Shown: positions 1 through 13,463 of the stretch, in pieces
How the letters are laid out: each line of letters opens with the position of its first letter
Numbering within the stretch: the stretch's first letter is position 1
Source of the DNA: Hormiphora californensis
Taxonomy: Eukaryota; Animalia; Ctenophora
Reading direction: 5' to 3'
NCBI GenBank assembly: GCA_020137815.1
Contig: CM035353.1
Coordinates: 7,502,001 to 7,566,000 of the forward strand
DNA: 64,000 nucleotides
Notes under the pieces: model-generated
What the model was told of the DNA's origin: nothing
Database searches by the model: none
Seen by the model: the letters and a program-made list of their open reading frames with translations, nothing else
Translations under genes and position numbers: made by a program

Positions 1-294
1 TTCCATGCTCATGATGATGTTCATTGAACTTGGTGACAATTGAACATTGTTCAATTGTCACCAAGTACCAAGTTTCACCAAAGTAAATTGAGGGTCTGGT
101 AAATCGAACATCACTTCCCTCTCAGTTGTATAGCGGAGTGTAGAGATAATGTACTTATAAGGGCATGTGTGCAATATGCATGTGGTACCATCTCACCCTG
201 ATGACAACAACCCCCCATATAATGAAGTACCGGCACCTTGGAGCAGTGGGTCAAGTGTGGAATGAGGGAATACAAGAAATGGGGTAAGTATGTC

Positions 295-645
295 GAACAT
301 TTCTTATCCGAGAAAAAAAAATCGAATCGTAATTTCAAAGCAAAAATTTCTCGGTTCGAGGGTAGCGACTGGCTCAGGCTATTTGAAATGGCGGCTAATT
401 TGAAACACCCCCTCTATAACAGGCCAGCAGGTGCACCAGATCAGTGGGCTAGTCAGAACTCATGCCAAGTTTCAAATTAACCATTTTAAATAGCCAGTCA
501 CTACCCTATAAGTAAGAAACATTTCCCGAATCGCAATTTCTAAGCGACAAATTTCTTAGAGATAAAATTTCTTGAATCGTAATTTCTTACCGAGAAAATT
601 TTTCCCGGATCGAAATTTTCTCGAATCTCAATTTCTTAGAGATTT
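295..645. repeat. Degenerate AT-rich repeat patch (GAAAATTTTCTCGAATCGCAATTTCT-like units)
   Basis: Recurrent TCGAATCGYAATTTC / GAAAATTT units; same family at 19005-19290. Confidence 0.7.
359..507. mobile_element. ~150-bp MITE
   Basis: TIR AGGGTAGCGACTGGCT / AGCCAGTCACTACCCT; left end recurs at ~48862-48905. Confidence 0.65.
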
Positions 646-687
646 GATGGAATTCATCGATTGTAACAGTTTCTTTTACATTTGGGT

Positions 688-703
688 GGCTTTGAAAAAA
701 GCC
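688..703 (-). terminator. Histone 3' stem-loop (H4 copy 1)
   Basis: GGCTTT-TTTC-AAAGCC followed by ACCCA and downstream AAAGAAA. Confidence 0.9.
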
Positions 704-747
704 TTTTGCGGCACTGGGTAAGCCCAGTACCTGAGAATTCAGAGAAT

Positions 748-1062
<315 letters not shown>

Positions 1063-1139
1063 TCAGTAGAAGATGTACAGAGAGTGTAAACTGTTCGGTG
1101 TTGAGAATGTTGAGTTGGTTTCTTTGTCGCTGACCCCAC

Positions 1140-1360
1140 CGGTATATAAACTCGTACTGAGCTGGTCTTCTGCTTCTCCATTGGCTACCGCTAATTGCAT
1201 CACTAGAGCAAATAAGGATGCTCCAATTTGGACACGTGACTAATTAGAATAGAGAATTTCACATGCTGCTCTCTCACTGGCCAGCTTACAAAGGGAGCCT
1301 TCTCATTGGCTCACTAGCTTCAAAGAATCCGACCCTGTATAAATACCGCAAAATTCGAGG
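1140..1360. promoter_or_regulatory. Bidirectional H4/H1 promoter
   Basis: TATA boxes facing each gene (TATAAATA ~1338; TATATA ~1143), CCAAT boxes, CACGTG; homologous to H2A/H2B spacer. Confidence 0.75.
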
Positions 1361-1418
1361 CCTCAAGTTTAATTCGTTAAATCAGCTCAACACTCAACAG
1401 CAAGTTTCATCTATAGAC

Positions 1419-1916
1419 ATGTCTACCCCAACCAAGAAAGCCGCTCCCAAGAAGCCCTCTGAGCATCCGCAGTACAAGGAGATGATTGCCGCTGCCATCG
1501 CTGCTCTTGCAAACCGCTCCGGAAGTTCAAAGGTCGCCATCTCCAAGTACATCTCCGCCAACTACAAGGTCGGAGATAGGCACGAATCCCAGCTCAAGTT
1601 GGCCCTTCTCCGTGGTCTAAAGTCTGGAGCTCTCGTTAAGAAGACTGGATTGGGATGTGCCGGATCTTTCAAGCTGGCGGCCGTGGAAAAGAAGCCTGCT
1701 GCCAAGAAACCTGCTGCCAAGAAAGCCGCTGCAAAGAAACCTGCTGCCAAGAAACCTGCTGCCAAGAAGGCCGGTACCCCCAAGAAGAAAGTTGCCGCCA
1801 AGTCTCCCAAGAAGAAGACTGCTGCTGCCAAGAAGACTACCCCTAAGAAGAAACCTATTGCCGCCAAGAAGAAGCCTGCTGCCAAAAAGGCCACTCCCAA
1901 GAAGGCAAAGAAATAG
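1419..1916 (+). CDS. H1: Linker histone H1 (165 aa)
   Basis: HPQYKEMI...RSGSSKVAISKYI...GCAGSFKL globular domain plus K/A/P tail; start moved to ATG 1419 downstream of TATA. Confidence 0.96.
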   Translation: MSTPTKKAAPKKPSEHPQYKEMIAAAIAALANRSGSSKVAISKYISANYKVGDRHESQLKLALLRGLKSGALVKKTGLGCAGSFKLAAVEKKPAAKKPAAKKAAAKKPAAKKPAAKKAGTPKKKVAAKSPKKKTAAAKKTTPKKKPIAAKKKPAAKKATPKKAKK

Positions 1917-1960
1917 ATCAAAATTTGATCTCCTTCTGAAGGCATTCCTTCAGGAACAAC

Positions 1961-1976
1961 GGCTTTTTTCAAAGCC
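1961..1976 (+). terminator. Histone 3' stem-loop (H1)
   Basis: GGCTTTTTTCAAAGCC, AAAGAAA ~14 nt downstream. Confidence 0.9.
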
Positions 1977-2011
1977 AACCAAATTAAATAAAGAAATTCT
2001 CCAGTCCATCA

Positions 2012-3187
2012 TCACTGCGCTGGCAAGCGCAAAGGTGGCCCCATCCCCTCCCCCCTAAAACTTTTCCCGAAAAAGTGGGCCCGCTTGCCAACAGCGTAGA
2101 TATAACAATTTTGAAGTTTTAGCCCATTTTGGCACTTTTCGACCCCTCCTAACTCCGGAACCAGATGAGCTAGGAGACTGAAATTTGGTACTAAGAAGCT
2201 TCACATAGACCTCTACTGACGGTACAAATTTCAAGTGGCTAGCTCATTCCGGTCGCAAGTTATGGTACCACCCCCAAAACAGAAAATTCAGTGTGGCGAT
2301 AGGTATATATATATATAGATAGATAGATAGATAGATAGATATAGACGCTTCACTGTGTAACACTTATAGCTCGAACCATACTAGCTAGAGACTTGAACCA
2401 AGTTTTATCCGTTAGGAAATCGTTTGGGGCATGCATTAGTTAAGGTTTCCAGTGAAAATGTCTACTATGACGGGCGTAATGACGTCAGAAAGTGACGTCA
2501 TTGAAAAATCTCAGACCAAATATTTTCAAACGCCTCTAGCACCCTCAAGACATTTTCTAATTCCTGATTTGACGTAAAATCGTTAGTGGCAAATTGTCTG
2601 AACTTTCAGTTACTGTAAAGCGAATTTCTCTAACTTGTCATTTTCAGACCCTAAAACACGTCGGAACTCAAAAATTTGATGTGAAAATCTATATAAAAAC
2701 TCACATTTCGTGCAATAACTTCAGTTCTTGACCACCATGGCCTTTAAAACTTTTCACACGTTTAGTGCTTCATTGGCCGAATAGTCTGTCATAACTTTTT
2801 ACGTCGTCGTGACGTCACGTGTGACGTCACGACGTCAAAACGACGTCGAATTTTGAAAATTTCGTCAAATCAGTTTCCTTCAACCCAGGTACATTTGAAC
2901 ACTTTAGTTGACAATTAGCTTATAGTTGTTTGAGGTCATAAATGACCTCAAACGACAAAAAAAGAGTACAAATTTAGAGCAAAAACTAATTGAAATTAGT
3001 TCGCCAGAAAGGTGGCCCATTTTGAACTTACTCCTTCATTTCCGTCACCTTTGAGTTGAAGGCGGAAAAGTTTACGGATACCTCAATGTCTTTGAAGCCT
3101 CAACTCAAAGGTGACGGAAATGAAGGAGTAAGTTCAAAATGGGCCACCTTTCTGGCGAACTAATTTCAATTAGTTTTTGCTCTAAAT
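2012..3187. mobile_element. Asymmetric non-autonomous element, family A (Helentron/Helitron2-like)
   Basis: TCACTGCGCTGGCAAGCGCAAAGGTGGCC end; (TA)(GATA)n; ~90-bp-arm terminal inverted repeat 2972-3187 containing AAAGGTGGCC. Confidence 0.7.
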
Positions 3188-3511
3188 ACTATTATACGTC
3201 ATTATCATAGAACACACCATCAACTTTCAATATCGGTACGCTCAGTAAACCTCTATTATACCATCCCTTGGTGACACACATGTTGTGGGTCACTCACACA
3301 TATAACACTGTGTTTTTAAATGACTGAGACTGTTAAAATCAACATAAGTTGTGAATATTTTGCTCTGAAATTATTTATTGCACTTAAATTTCAGAAAAAT
3401 CGGTCGTTATATATATTACTGAATGAACCTGTAGCCCAAAAACCTCCTCAAACTTTGAGCGCTCAGATCTCTGCGCGATCACGCCAGGATCTTCGAAACA
3501 ATTGCTTCGAA

Positions 3512-3770
3512 GATCCAAACTGAATCACACTGAAAAGTTTGGTTGGTTCTTCAAATTAGCAGGCGCTCAGTTGTGAACGCCTGTAATTGTGCGCGGCGCA
3601 TTGGCACGTGCGACATGGGCGCTGGCAAGATGTTACTTGTTGCAACATGTAAAAGCCTGCCAGCGACCATGTCGCACGTGCCAATGTGCCGCGGACAACA
3701 GGCGTTCACAACTGAACGCCTGCTAATTTGAAGAACCAACCAAACTTTTCAGTGTGATTCAGTTTGGATC
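3512..3770. mobile_element. 259-bp near-perfect palindromic MITE inserted in left TIR
   Basis: GATCCAAACTGAATCACAC...GTGTGATTCAGTTTGGATC; absent from the mirror TIR at 7675-7685. Confidence 0.8.
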
Positions 3771-3984
3771 CCCTAGTCAGAATATAATACTTATTATTTT
3801 CAACAATACGTATTAAATACACGCGCAAATATGTATTTAATACGTATTAAATACGTATTATACGCCGAAAATACAGAAAAGCCGCGCATTTAGCAAGTGC
3901 TACCATCGCGAGCCGCACAACTTCCGACCCAATTTTAGGTCAAAAGCGCGTTACAGATACGACATACAGCCTCACCCTGCCACA

Positions 3985-6900
3985 TGTCCCAATACAGCTC
4001 TGCCGCGAAGTGCTACTGTGTTCCTCCGTCTTCTAAAACAGGTCCCTGTCCCAATACAGCTCTGCCTGCCACGAATTGCTACTGTGTTCCCCCGCCTTCT
4101 AAAACAGGTCCCTGTCCCATTACAGCTCTGCCACGAATTGCTACTGTCTTCCCCCGCCTTCTAAAACAGGTCCCTGTCCCAGTACAGCTCTGCCACGAAT
4201 TGCTACTGTGTTCCCCGCCTTCTAAAACAGGTCCCTGTCCCAATACAGCTCTGCCTGCCACGAATTGCTACTGTGTTCCCCCGCCTTCTAAAACAGGTCC
4301 CTGTCCCAATACAGCTCTGCCACGAATTGCTACTGTCTTCCTCCGTCTTCTAAAACAGGTCCCTGTTCCACTACAGCTCTGCCACGAATTGCTACTGTGT
4401 TCCTCCGTCTTCTAAAACAGGTCTCTGTCCCAATTCAGCTCTCCCACGAATTGCTACTGTGTTCCCCGCCTTCTAAAACAGGTCCCTGTCCCAATACAGC
4501 TCTGCCACGAATTGCTACTGTGTTCCTCCGTCTTCTAAAACAGGTCCCTGTCCCAATACAGCTCTGCCACGAATTGCTACTGTGTTCCTCCGTCTTCTAA
4601 AACAGGTCCCTGTTCCACTACAGCTCTGCCACGAATTGCTACTGTGTTCCTCCGTCTTCTAAAACAGGTCCCTGTTCCACTACAGCTCTGCCACGAATTG
4701 CTACTGTCTTCCTCCGTCTTCTAAAACAGGTCTCTGTCCCAATTCAGCTCTGCCACGAATTGCTACTGTGTTCCCCGCCTTCTAAAACAGGTCCCTGTCC
4801 CAATACAGCTCTGCCACGAATTGCTACTGTGTTCCCCGTCTTCTAAAACAGGTCCCTGTCACAATACAGCTCTGCCACGAATTGCTACTGTGTTCCCCGC
4901 CTTCTAAAACAGGTCCCTGTCCCAATACAGCTCTGCCACGAATTGCTACTGTCTTCCCCCGCCTTCTAAAACAGGTCCCTGTCCCAATACAGCTCTGCCA
5001 CGATTTGCTACTGTGTTCTTCCGTCTTCTAAAACAGGTCCCTGTCCCAATACAGCTCTGCCACGAATTGCTACTGTGTTCCTCCGCCTTCTAAAACAGGT
5101 CCCTGTCCCAATACAGCTCTGCCACGAATTGCTACTGTCTTCCTCCGTCTTCTAAAACAGGTCCCTGTTCCACTACAGCTCTGCCACGAATTGCTACTGT
5201 GTTCCTCCGTCTTCTAAAACAGGTCTCTGTCCCAATTCAGCTCTCCCACGAATTGCTACTGTGTTCCCCGCCTTCTAAAACAGGTCCCTGTCCCAATACA
5301 GCTCTGCCACGAATTGCTACTGTGTTCCTCCGTCTTCTAAAACAGGTCCCTGTCCCAATACAGCTCTGCCACGAATTGCTACTGTGTTCCTCCGTCTTCT
5401 AAAACAGGTCCCTGTTCCACTACAGCTCTGCCACGAATTGCTACTGTGTTCCTCCGTCTTCTAAAACAGGTCCCTGTTCCACTACAGCTCTGCCACGAAT
5501 TGCTACTGTCTTCCTCCGTCTTCTAAAACAGGTCTCTGTCCCAATTCAGCTCTGCCACGAATTGCTACTGTGTTCCTCCGTCTTCTAAAACAGGTCCCTG
5601 TTCCACTACAGCTCTGCCACGAATTGCTACTGTGTTCCCCGCCTTCTAAAACAGGTCCCTGTCCCAATACAGCTCTGCCACGAATTGCTACTGTGTTCCC
5701 CCACCTTCTAAAACAGGTCCCTGTCCCAATACAGCTCTGCCACGAATTGCTACTGTCTTCCTCCGTCTTCTAAAACAGGTCCCTGTCCCAATTCAGCTCT
5801 GCCACGAATTGCTACTGTGTTCCTCCGTCTTCTAAAACAGGTCCCTGTTCCACTACAGCTCTGCCACGAATTGCTACTGTGTTCCTCCGTCTTCTAAAAC
5901 AGGTCCCTATCCCAATTCAGCTCTGCCACGAATTGCTACTGTGTTCCTCCGTCTTTTAAAACAGGTCCCTGTCCCACTACAGCTCTGCCACGAATTGCTA
6001 CTGTCTTCCTCCGTCTTCTAAAACAGGAGGCGGGGAACACAGTAGCAATTCGTGGCAGAGCTGTAGTGCGACAGGGACCTGTTTTAGAAGACGGAGGAAC
6101 ACAGTAGCAATTCGTGGCAGAGCTGTATTGGGACAGGGACCTGTTTTAGAAGGCGGGGAACACAGTAGCAATTCGTGGCAGAGCTGTAGTGGGACAGGGA
6201 CCTGTTTTAGAAGGCGGGGGAAGACAGTAGCAATTCGTGGCAGAGCTGTATTGGGACAGGGACCTGTTTTAGAAGGCGGGGAACACAGTAGCAATTCGTG
6301 GCAGAGCTGTATTGGGATAGGGACCTGTTTTTGAAGACGGAGGAACACAGTAGCAATTCGTGGCAGAGCTGTATTGGGACAGGGACCTGTTTTAGAAGAC
6401 GGAGGAAGACAGTAGCAATTCGTGGCAGAGCTGTATTGGGACAGGGATCTGTTTTAGAAGGCGGGGGAACACAGTAGCAATTCGTGGCAGAGCTGTAGTG
6501 CGACAGGGACCTGTTTTAGAAGACGGAGGAACACAGTAGCAATTCGTGGCAGAGCTGTATTGGGACAGGGACCTGTTTTAGAAGGCGGGGAACACAGTAG
6601 CAATTCGTGGCAGAGCTGTAGTGGGACAGGGACCTGTTTTAGAAGGCGGGGGAAGACAGTAGCAATTCGTGGCAGAGCTGTATTGGGACAGGGACCTGTT
6701 TTAGAAGGCGGGGAACACAGTAGCAATTCGTGGCAGAGCTGTATTGGGATAGGGACCTGTTTTTGAAGACGGAGGAACACAGTAGCAATTCGTGGCAGAG
6801 CTGTATTGGGACAGGGACCTGTTTTAGAAGACGGAGGAAGACAGTAGCAATTCGTGGCAGAGCTGTATTGGGACAGGGATCTGTTTTAGAAGGCGGGGGA

Positions 6901-7323
6901 AGACAGTAGCAATTCGTGGCAGAGCTGTATTGGGACAGGGACCTGTTTTAGAAGACGGAGGAACACAGTAGCAATTCGTGGCAGAGCTGTATTGGGACAG
7001 GGACCTGTTTTAGAAGACGGAGGAACACAGTAGCAATTCGTGGCAGAGCTGTAGTGGGACAGGGACCTGTTTTAGAAGGCGGGGGAAGACAGTAGCAATT
7101 CGTGGCAGAGCTGTAGTGGGACAGGGACCTGTTTTAGAAGACGGAGGAAGACAGTAGCAATTCGTGGCAGAGCTGTATTGGGACAGGGACCTGTTTTAGA
7201 AGACGGAGGAACACAGTAGCAATTCGTGGCAGAGCTGTAGTGGGACAGGGACCTGTTTTAGAAGGCGGGGAACACAGTAGCAATTCGTGGCAGAGCTGTA
7301 GTGGGACAGGGACCTGTTTTAGA
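3985..7323. repeat. 61-62-bp tandem satellite, ~33 forward units then ~21 inverted units
   Basis: Unit TCTTCTAAAACAGGTCCCTGTCCCAATACAGCTCTGCCACGAATTGCTACTGTGTTCCTCCG; orientation switch at ~6027. Confidence 0.97.
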
Positions 7324-7327
7324 TTCT

Positions 7328-7419
<92 letters not shown>

Positions 7420-7450
7420 TTCTTCTTCTCTTCTTCTTCTTCTTCTTCTT
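7324..7450. repeat. (CTT)n microsatellite
   Basis: Direct reading. Confidence 0.97.
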
Positions 7451-7972
7451 GCAGCTGGTCCCTTCTACGAATTGCTGCTGTTTTTCCCGCGCTCTAGGTT
7501 CATCCAACGCGACTTTCAGCCTCAGCTTGGACGTTTAATGGCGCGGCTCAAGTGCTAAATGCGCGGCTTTTCTGTATTTTCGGCTTATAATACGTATTTA
7601 ATACGTATTAAATACATATTTGCGCGTGTATTTAATACGTATTGTTGAAAATAATACGTATTATATTCTGACTAGGGTCTTCGAAGCAATTATTTCGAAG
7701 ATCCTGGTGTGATCGCGCCCTGAGGTAGAGGGGGTGAGAATACGGCATCGATAAACAGGGAACTATCAGTGAAACACGATGAGACGTCACAAGCCTGACC
7801 AATCAAAGCGCCACGTTTGTGTCCTACAAAGTGCTAATCACACGCTCATTCAATGCTTTCATATGCTATTCAAACTCTCGCGCCCTACGTTTGATCTAAG
7901 TCAGCTGTTTTGATATTGAATCATTATCAATTGGGACGATTGGATCGTACACGTTTCTTTTGATTTTTGGGT

Positions 7973-7988
7973 GGCTTTGAAAAAAGCC
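7973..7988 (-). terminator. Histone 3' stem-loop (H2B copy 1)
   Basis: GGCTTTTTTCAAAGCC-ACCCA on minus strand, AAAGAAA downstream. Confidence 0.9.
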
Positions 7989-8029
7989 TTTTTGCCGTGT
8001 TTAGAAAACATGGCGGGAGTTTCCCCAGT

Positions 8030-8404
8030 TTACTTGGAGGTTGAGGAGGTGTACTTGGTAACAGCCTTGGTTCCTTCAGACACGGCGTGCTTGGCTAGCT
8101 CACCGGGCAAAAGCAGCCTCACGGCAGTCTGGACCTCTCTGGAGGAGATGGTCTTTCGCTTGTTGTAGTGTCCAAGTCGAGAAGCCTCTCCGGCGATCCT
8201 CTCAAAGATGTCGTTCACGAAGGAGTTCATGATGGACATGGCCTTGGAGCTGACTCCAGTGTCGGGGTGAACCTGCTTGAGGACCTTGTAGATGTAGATG
8301 GAGTAAGACTCCTTCCTCTTCTTCTTTCGCTTCTTGTCTCCTCCGACACGGCCGGCCTTCTTGCCTGCCTTCTTCTCGGCTTTCTTTCCAGAAACAGGGG
8401 GCAT
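8030..8404 (-). CDS. H2B: Histone H2B (124 aa)
   Basis: MPPVSGKK...[21 protein letters not shown]...[11 protein letters not shown]; first ATG at 8404. Confidence 0.98.
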   Translation of the reverse strand: MPPVSGKKAEKKAGKKAGRVGGDKKRKKKRKESYSIYIYKVLKQVHPDTGVSSKAMSIMNSFVNDIFERIAGEASRLGHYNKRKTISSREVQTAVRLLLPGELAKHAVSEGTKAVTKYTSSTSK

Positions 8405-8449
8405 CTTCAAGTTGATTTGGGTACAGCTGCAGTTAGTGAGTTATTTTGA

Positions 8450-8705
8450 CCCCCGAATCTTGCGGTATTTATACAAGGTCGGATTCTTTGAAGCTAGTGA
8501 ACCAATGAGAAGGCGCCCTTTGTAAGCAAGCCAGTAATAGAGACGCTCCACTCTAATTGGATATCCTGTTGTCACGTGTCCAAATTGGAGCATCCTTATT
8601 GGTTCTAGTTATGCAATTAGAGGTAGCCAATAGTGAAGCAGGGTTTTGAAATTTAGCTCTCTATTCTATCCGAAGTTAGCTCAGTAACAGTATATAGACC
8701 GGGGC
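8450..8705. promoter_or_regulatory. Bidirectional H2B/H2A promoter
   Basis: Opposed TATA boxes, CCAAT boxes, GTCACGTG; near-identical copy at ~15865-16120. Confidence 0.75.
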
Positions 8706-8768
8706 TATGAATACAGAACTCAATTCCAATCTTGAACTCAGCAACACAGTTTTCAACAACTCATCTGA

Positions 8769-9155
<387 letters not shown>

Positions 9156-9206
9156 ATCGTTTCTAACGATTTACTGCTCGTTTCTCTTCGGGGAAACTGG
9201 CAAAAC

Positions 9207-9222
9207 GGTGCTTTTCAGCGCC
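9207..9222 (+). terminator. Histone 3' stem-loop (H2A copy 1)
   Basis: GGTGCT-TTTC-AGCGCC-ACCCA, AAAGAAA downstream. Confidence 0.88.
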
Positions 9223-9624
9223 ACCCAAATCTAAAAAAGAAACTCTAGCATTGTATAAAAACTGTACGTTTCCTTGAACATGATCTTAGGAACTTCGAAC
9301 TCAATCTTTCCATGCCACCTTAATTTCCTTCGTACAAATTCACCATAGTAGTAGTGATTTAGAATGGTCTGAGAGCACAGAGCTGAGGGGAGCGTTTCAC
9401 ACTGGCTTTCAAATGGCGTCTTCTCATTGGCTTATACTTTACTCGCTACAACGAATCGGTCCCTGTATTACAGACATATCTAGACACACATACCTACAAG
9501 TGAACTATTGCAAGCTGATAAAGTAGAGAGAAAGATAAGGAATACCAATGTATCTCCCTTGTGCAGACACCCTGTCGCCAAATGTCTCCTTCTTATAGAG
9601 ATTACAAAGTTATGCTCGAATACG

Positions 9625-10984
9625 GGGCGTTATGCCTCCTGCCGGTATGCCTACCAGTGGTGGGCATACCGGCAGGAGGCAGAAGGGTACCCTAGCCGAC
9701 CGTTATGCCCACCAACCAAATCAGGTATATTGCGGCATAGTGGTGGTGGGCATACCGGTATCCTAGCCGGCCGTTATGCCCACCTGTTATGCCCACCTGT
9801 TATGCCCTCTGTATGTAATTAATGGCATCACACATTCGGAGATCTACACGCTAAGGAGTGGTACCAATTAGACGCTTAGCCTTCTCGTATCGTATAATCA
9901 AAGCGCGTTTGGCTTCACTTTTCAGGAAGAAATAAAAGTCTTGTATTCACTGCACAAAAATCTAATAATTAATAAATAACCACAGTTGTATTACTCTTCA
10001 AGTTCATCATATTCAAGGTCCAGTAATATAACCATACTTTCTAAGATACTGAGTAACATCGGTGTTATTATCATACTTTGAAACACACTGGAAAATCTTC
10101 TCTTTTATTCACTGCACAAAAAATCGATAAACTAATAAGCAAAGATGTACCACTCTTCATCATATTTAAGATCCAGTAATAAAAGCTAACTTCCTAAGAT
10201 ACTGAGTAAGGTCGTAAAGACGAGTGGTACCACTGTCAGGAAACGGAGAGGGCAGGTGTAGGTTTTGAAACAAAAAGTCATTAGCATCAGAGTACAAAGA
10301 CGAGAGAAGGTTTGGACGATACGTCATGGTTACGAATAGTTTGTTTCGGAGATGCTTATATACGAGTGATTGCATAACTTTTTACGAGCACTCATTCCTA
10401 AACTGACAATGTCAGTGACATCGTCGGATATCACCAATCAACCTGATTAGTGTCAGGTCCATGTTTCCTGATCTCCCTTGATGAGAAACTAGTCAGCTCA
10501 TAGCATTCCTGTTTCAGTCGTGTCCAATTATGTAGTATCAGATCCAGTTTCAGATCCAGTATCAGATCCAGTATCATGATGCTTACGAGCAATATAATGA
10601 AATTGAACGGATAGAACATGGGTAATAAGTCATAATTTTTATTGGTTTTTCATAATTTTTAAATTCTACCACAACTAAGGTAGTGTAAGGTTTACACACA
10701 GTTGTCGTATGATCTGTGATACGAGAAGGCTAAGCGTCTAATTGGTACCACTCCTTAGCGTGTAGATCTCCGAATGTGTGATGCCATTAATTACATACAG
10801 AGGGCATAACAGGTGGGCATAACAGGTGGGCATAACGGCCGGCTAGGATACCGGTATGCCCACCACCACTATGCCGCAATATACCTGATTTGGTTGGTGG
10901 GCATAACGGTCGGCTAGGGTACCCTTCTGCCTCCTGCCGGTATGCCCACCACTGGTAGGCATACCGGCAGGAGGCATAACGCCC
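9625..10984. mobile_element. Non-autonomous TIR element, ~267-bp TIRs
   Basis: 9625-9891 is the reverse complement of 10718-10984; internal TATGCC repeats; TTATGCTCG occurs a few nt outside both ends (possible 9-bp TSD). Confidence 0.8.
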
Positions 10985-11536
10985 GGCCACCTTATGCTCG
11001 CGTTGCCATGTTGACATAGTGAGGTGATGATAATTGATAATCACCTTCCGTAACATTTTAACACATTCCCATGTCCCATCTAATTAAGGGTATTTCTGTT
11101 ACACACATAATATCTTGATATGGCTTCGTCTAGAGATACGGTCATTGGTTAAACGGTGTCATGTGACAGAACGATCCCTTTAATAGATCATGAAAATGTT
11201 ACGGAAGGATGCTCCGGAGGTGATTATCATCACCTCATTACCATTTAGACCCCATTTTGTCACCTGTCTAGAGTTACTCACACGAGGGTTGTCACACCTT
11301 TCTGAATGAGTGCGTAATCAACAGCACTCTTCATGTATCCAGATATCAGTCAAGTTGTGCGTGGGCATTTTTTTTCTCTAGTGCAGTGAGCTTGCAATAC
11401 AGTGCAAGCATTTTCTACCCACTTCTAATTCTAAGCGCAATTTGTGTGACCTAAGCAGTGTGGAGTCTAGGATTAAATCCCAAAAGGATTAATTGGAATT
11501 GTTTCTTAATATCATGGTTTCTTTTTATATTTGGGT

Positions 11537-11552
11537 GGCTTTGAAAAAAGCC
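11537..11552 (-). terminator. Histone 3' stem-loop (H4 copy 2)
   Basis: Identical to H4 copy 1. Confidence 0.9.
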
Positions 11553-11596
11553 TTTTGCGGCACTGGGTAAGCCCAGTACCTGAGAATTCAGAGAAT

Positions 11597-11911
<315 letters not shown>

Positions 11912-11987
11912 TCAGTAGAAGATGTACAGAGAGTGTAGACTGTTCGGTGTTGAAAATGTGTTGGTTTGTGGAAATAATTCTCTGTTT

Positions 11988-12347
11988 ATTATGCCAAAAA
12001 CTAACAGAAATTAGTTGGCTGGAAAGGTGACCACTTTTGTTGTCAAACTGACACCTTTGCCATCTCCGGGTTATATCAGATCACTATCTTTCCCTCTGAT
12101 TTCTCTCTCTCTCTCTCTGTCTTGGGCAACAAGATACGTGTGGAGAGCGGTCCGTGGACAGAAGAAGAAAATGTAAATCACCTATATGAACCTGGAGATT
12201 ATGGAGATGATAATAAATATAAGCATGTACGGGTTGCAGAGTGCTATATATATGTTCAACCACAAGGTATGTTGTATAATCAATGAAACCGGGTTTATAT
12301 GTAGCGGGTGATTCGCTATATGGTATAAAACCCGACCCTCTCTGATT

Positions 12348-12438
<91 letters not shown>

Positions 12439-13463
12439 AAACTCCCTGATTTACCCCATCGATGATATCCGTAACCCGGGCCGGGCAAAGGTGTCAGTTT
12501 GACAACAAAAGTGGTCACCTTTCCAGCCAACTAATTTCTGTTAGTTTTTGGCATAATTGGGTATATTTTTGGTATTTTCTGATGTGAAATACGAAGTAAG
12601 ACACGTCTGGAAGTAGCAGAATGTGTAAAGACCGTCAGGAATCGCTAAAACACGAAAATTTTGATTTCGACGTCATTATGACGTCATAGCGTGACGTCAC
12701 GACGTTATAGCGTCATGATAGTGAAGTAGTATTATCAGGCTTACCTAGATAAAGATGCTGACCAAGTTTGAGATCGATTGGACAAGAATTGAGGTCGCTA
12801 TGGCGAAAAACGCACTATCGTCATATCTATTTTCATACAGTCTTAAAACTTCAGACGCGATTTAAGACCCTTGGAAATAGAGTTTCACAAATTCGCAATA
12901 TAGTTTCTTAAAGTTTAGACGATTATCTTTCATAAGTGTGGTCTCCGTTTTCCAATCAGAAGCCGTCTTCAGGGTGTAAACTGAGCTCAAAGAAATTTGG
13001 TCGATTTGAAAAATGTCTTAACTTTATGACAGTTTTTAAGGACGTTCTGGTTGGACCTAGAACATGAAAACCGTCCAATAACACAATTCAAACGATTATC
13101 TTTTGAATGATTCAAACGAGAAGTGTCTATCTCTTGTAGTTTTTCCAGAAAATTGTCTGCAAATTGTGTAAAAAAGCGTCTATATATATGTATGTATGTA
13201 TGTAGACCAGGGACATTTATTGCTTTTTTCACCATGTCATAACTCTGAAACTAAAAGAGATAGAGACTTGCCCTTTTGAACTCCAGTAGATCTAGTTTAC
13301 GTGACACTGTATACCAAATTTCAGACCGATTGGTGCAGTGGGGGCTTCGCTATGGGCGTCGCAAAATGCCATTTTTGGCTAAAAACTGAAAAAACTTATT
13401 ACTGCTTTCTGGCACGCGCGGCTGGGGGAGGTGGTGGTCACCTTTGCGCTTGCCAGCGCAGTG
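11988..13463. mobile_element. Asymmetric non-autonomous element, family B, inserted in H4 TATA box
   Basis: Absent from paralogous spacer at ~18340; second copy at 33690-34918 in opposite orientation; terminal IR 11988-12557 with (CT)n spacer. Confidence 0.92.

Larger units (their letters stand above)
3473..7718. mobile_element. Foldback-type element with TIRs enclosing an inverted satellite
   Basis: 3473-3513 plus 3771-3895 are the reverse complement of ~7552-7718. Confidence 0.7.

Noticed and set aside
1263-1418. N-terminal extensions of H1 (and of H3 at 18068-18124, H2B MK)
   Set aside because: The H1 start lies upstream of its TATA box and the H3/H2B starts are non-ATG; canonical ATGs are downstream
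2013-2020. CACTA/CMC transposon suggested by CACTG end
   Set aside because: No matching CAGTG at the other end and no consistent TSD
3985-7323. CRISPR-like array or repeat-protein ORFs
   Set aside because: Head-to-tail units with no unique spacers and no cas genes; ORFs are satellite translations
7240-7558. Poly-F/S/R ORFs and ER/LS-repeat ORFs elsewhere
   Set aside because: Microsatellite translations
9508-11056. Paired identical ORFs on opposite strands (also 3543/3551, 38367/39349, 12987/33920)
   Set aside because: Translations of TIRs or repeat copies, with no protein features
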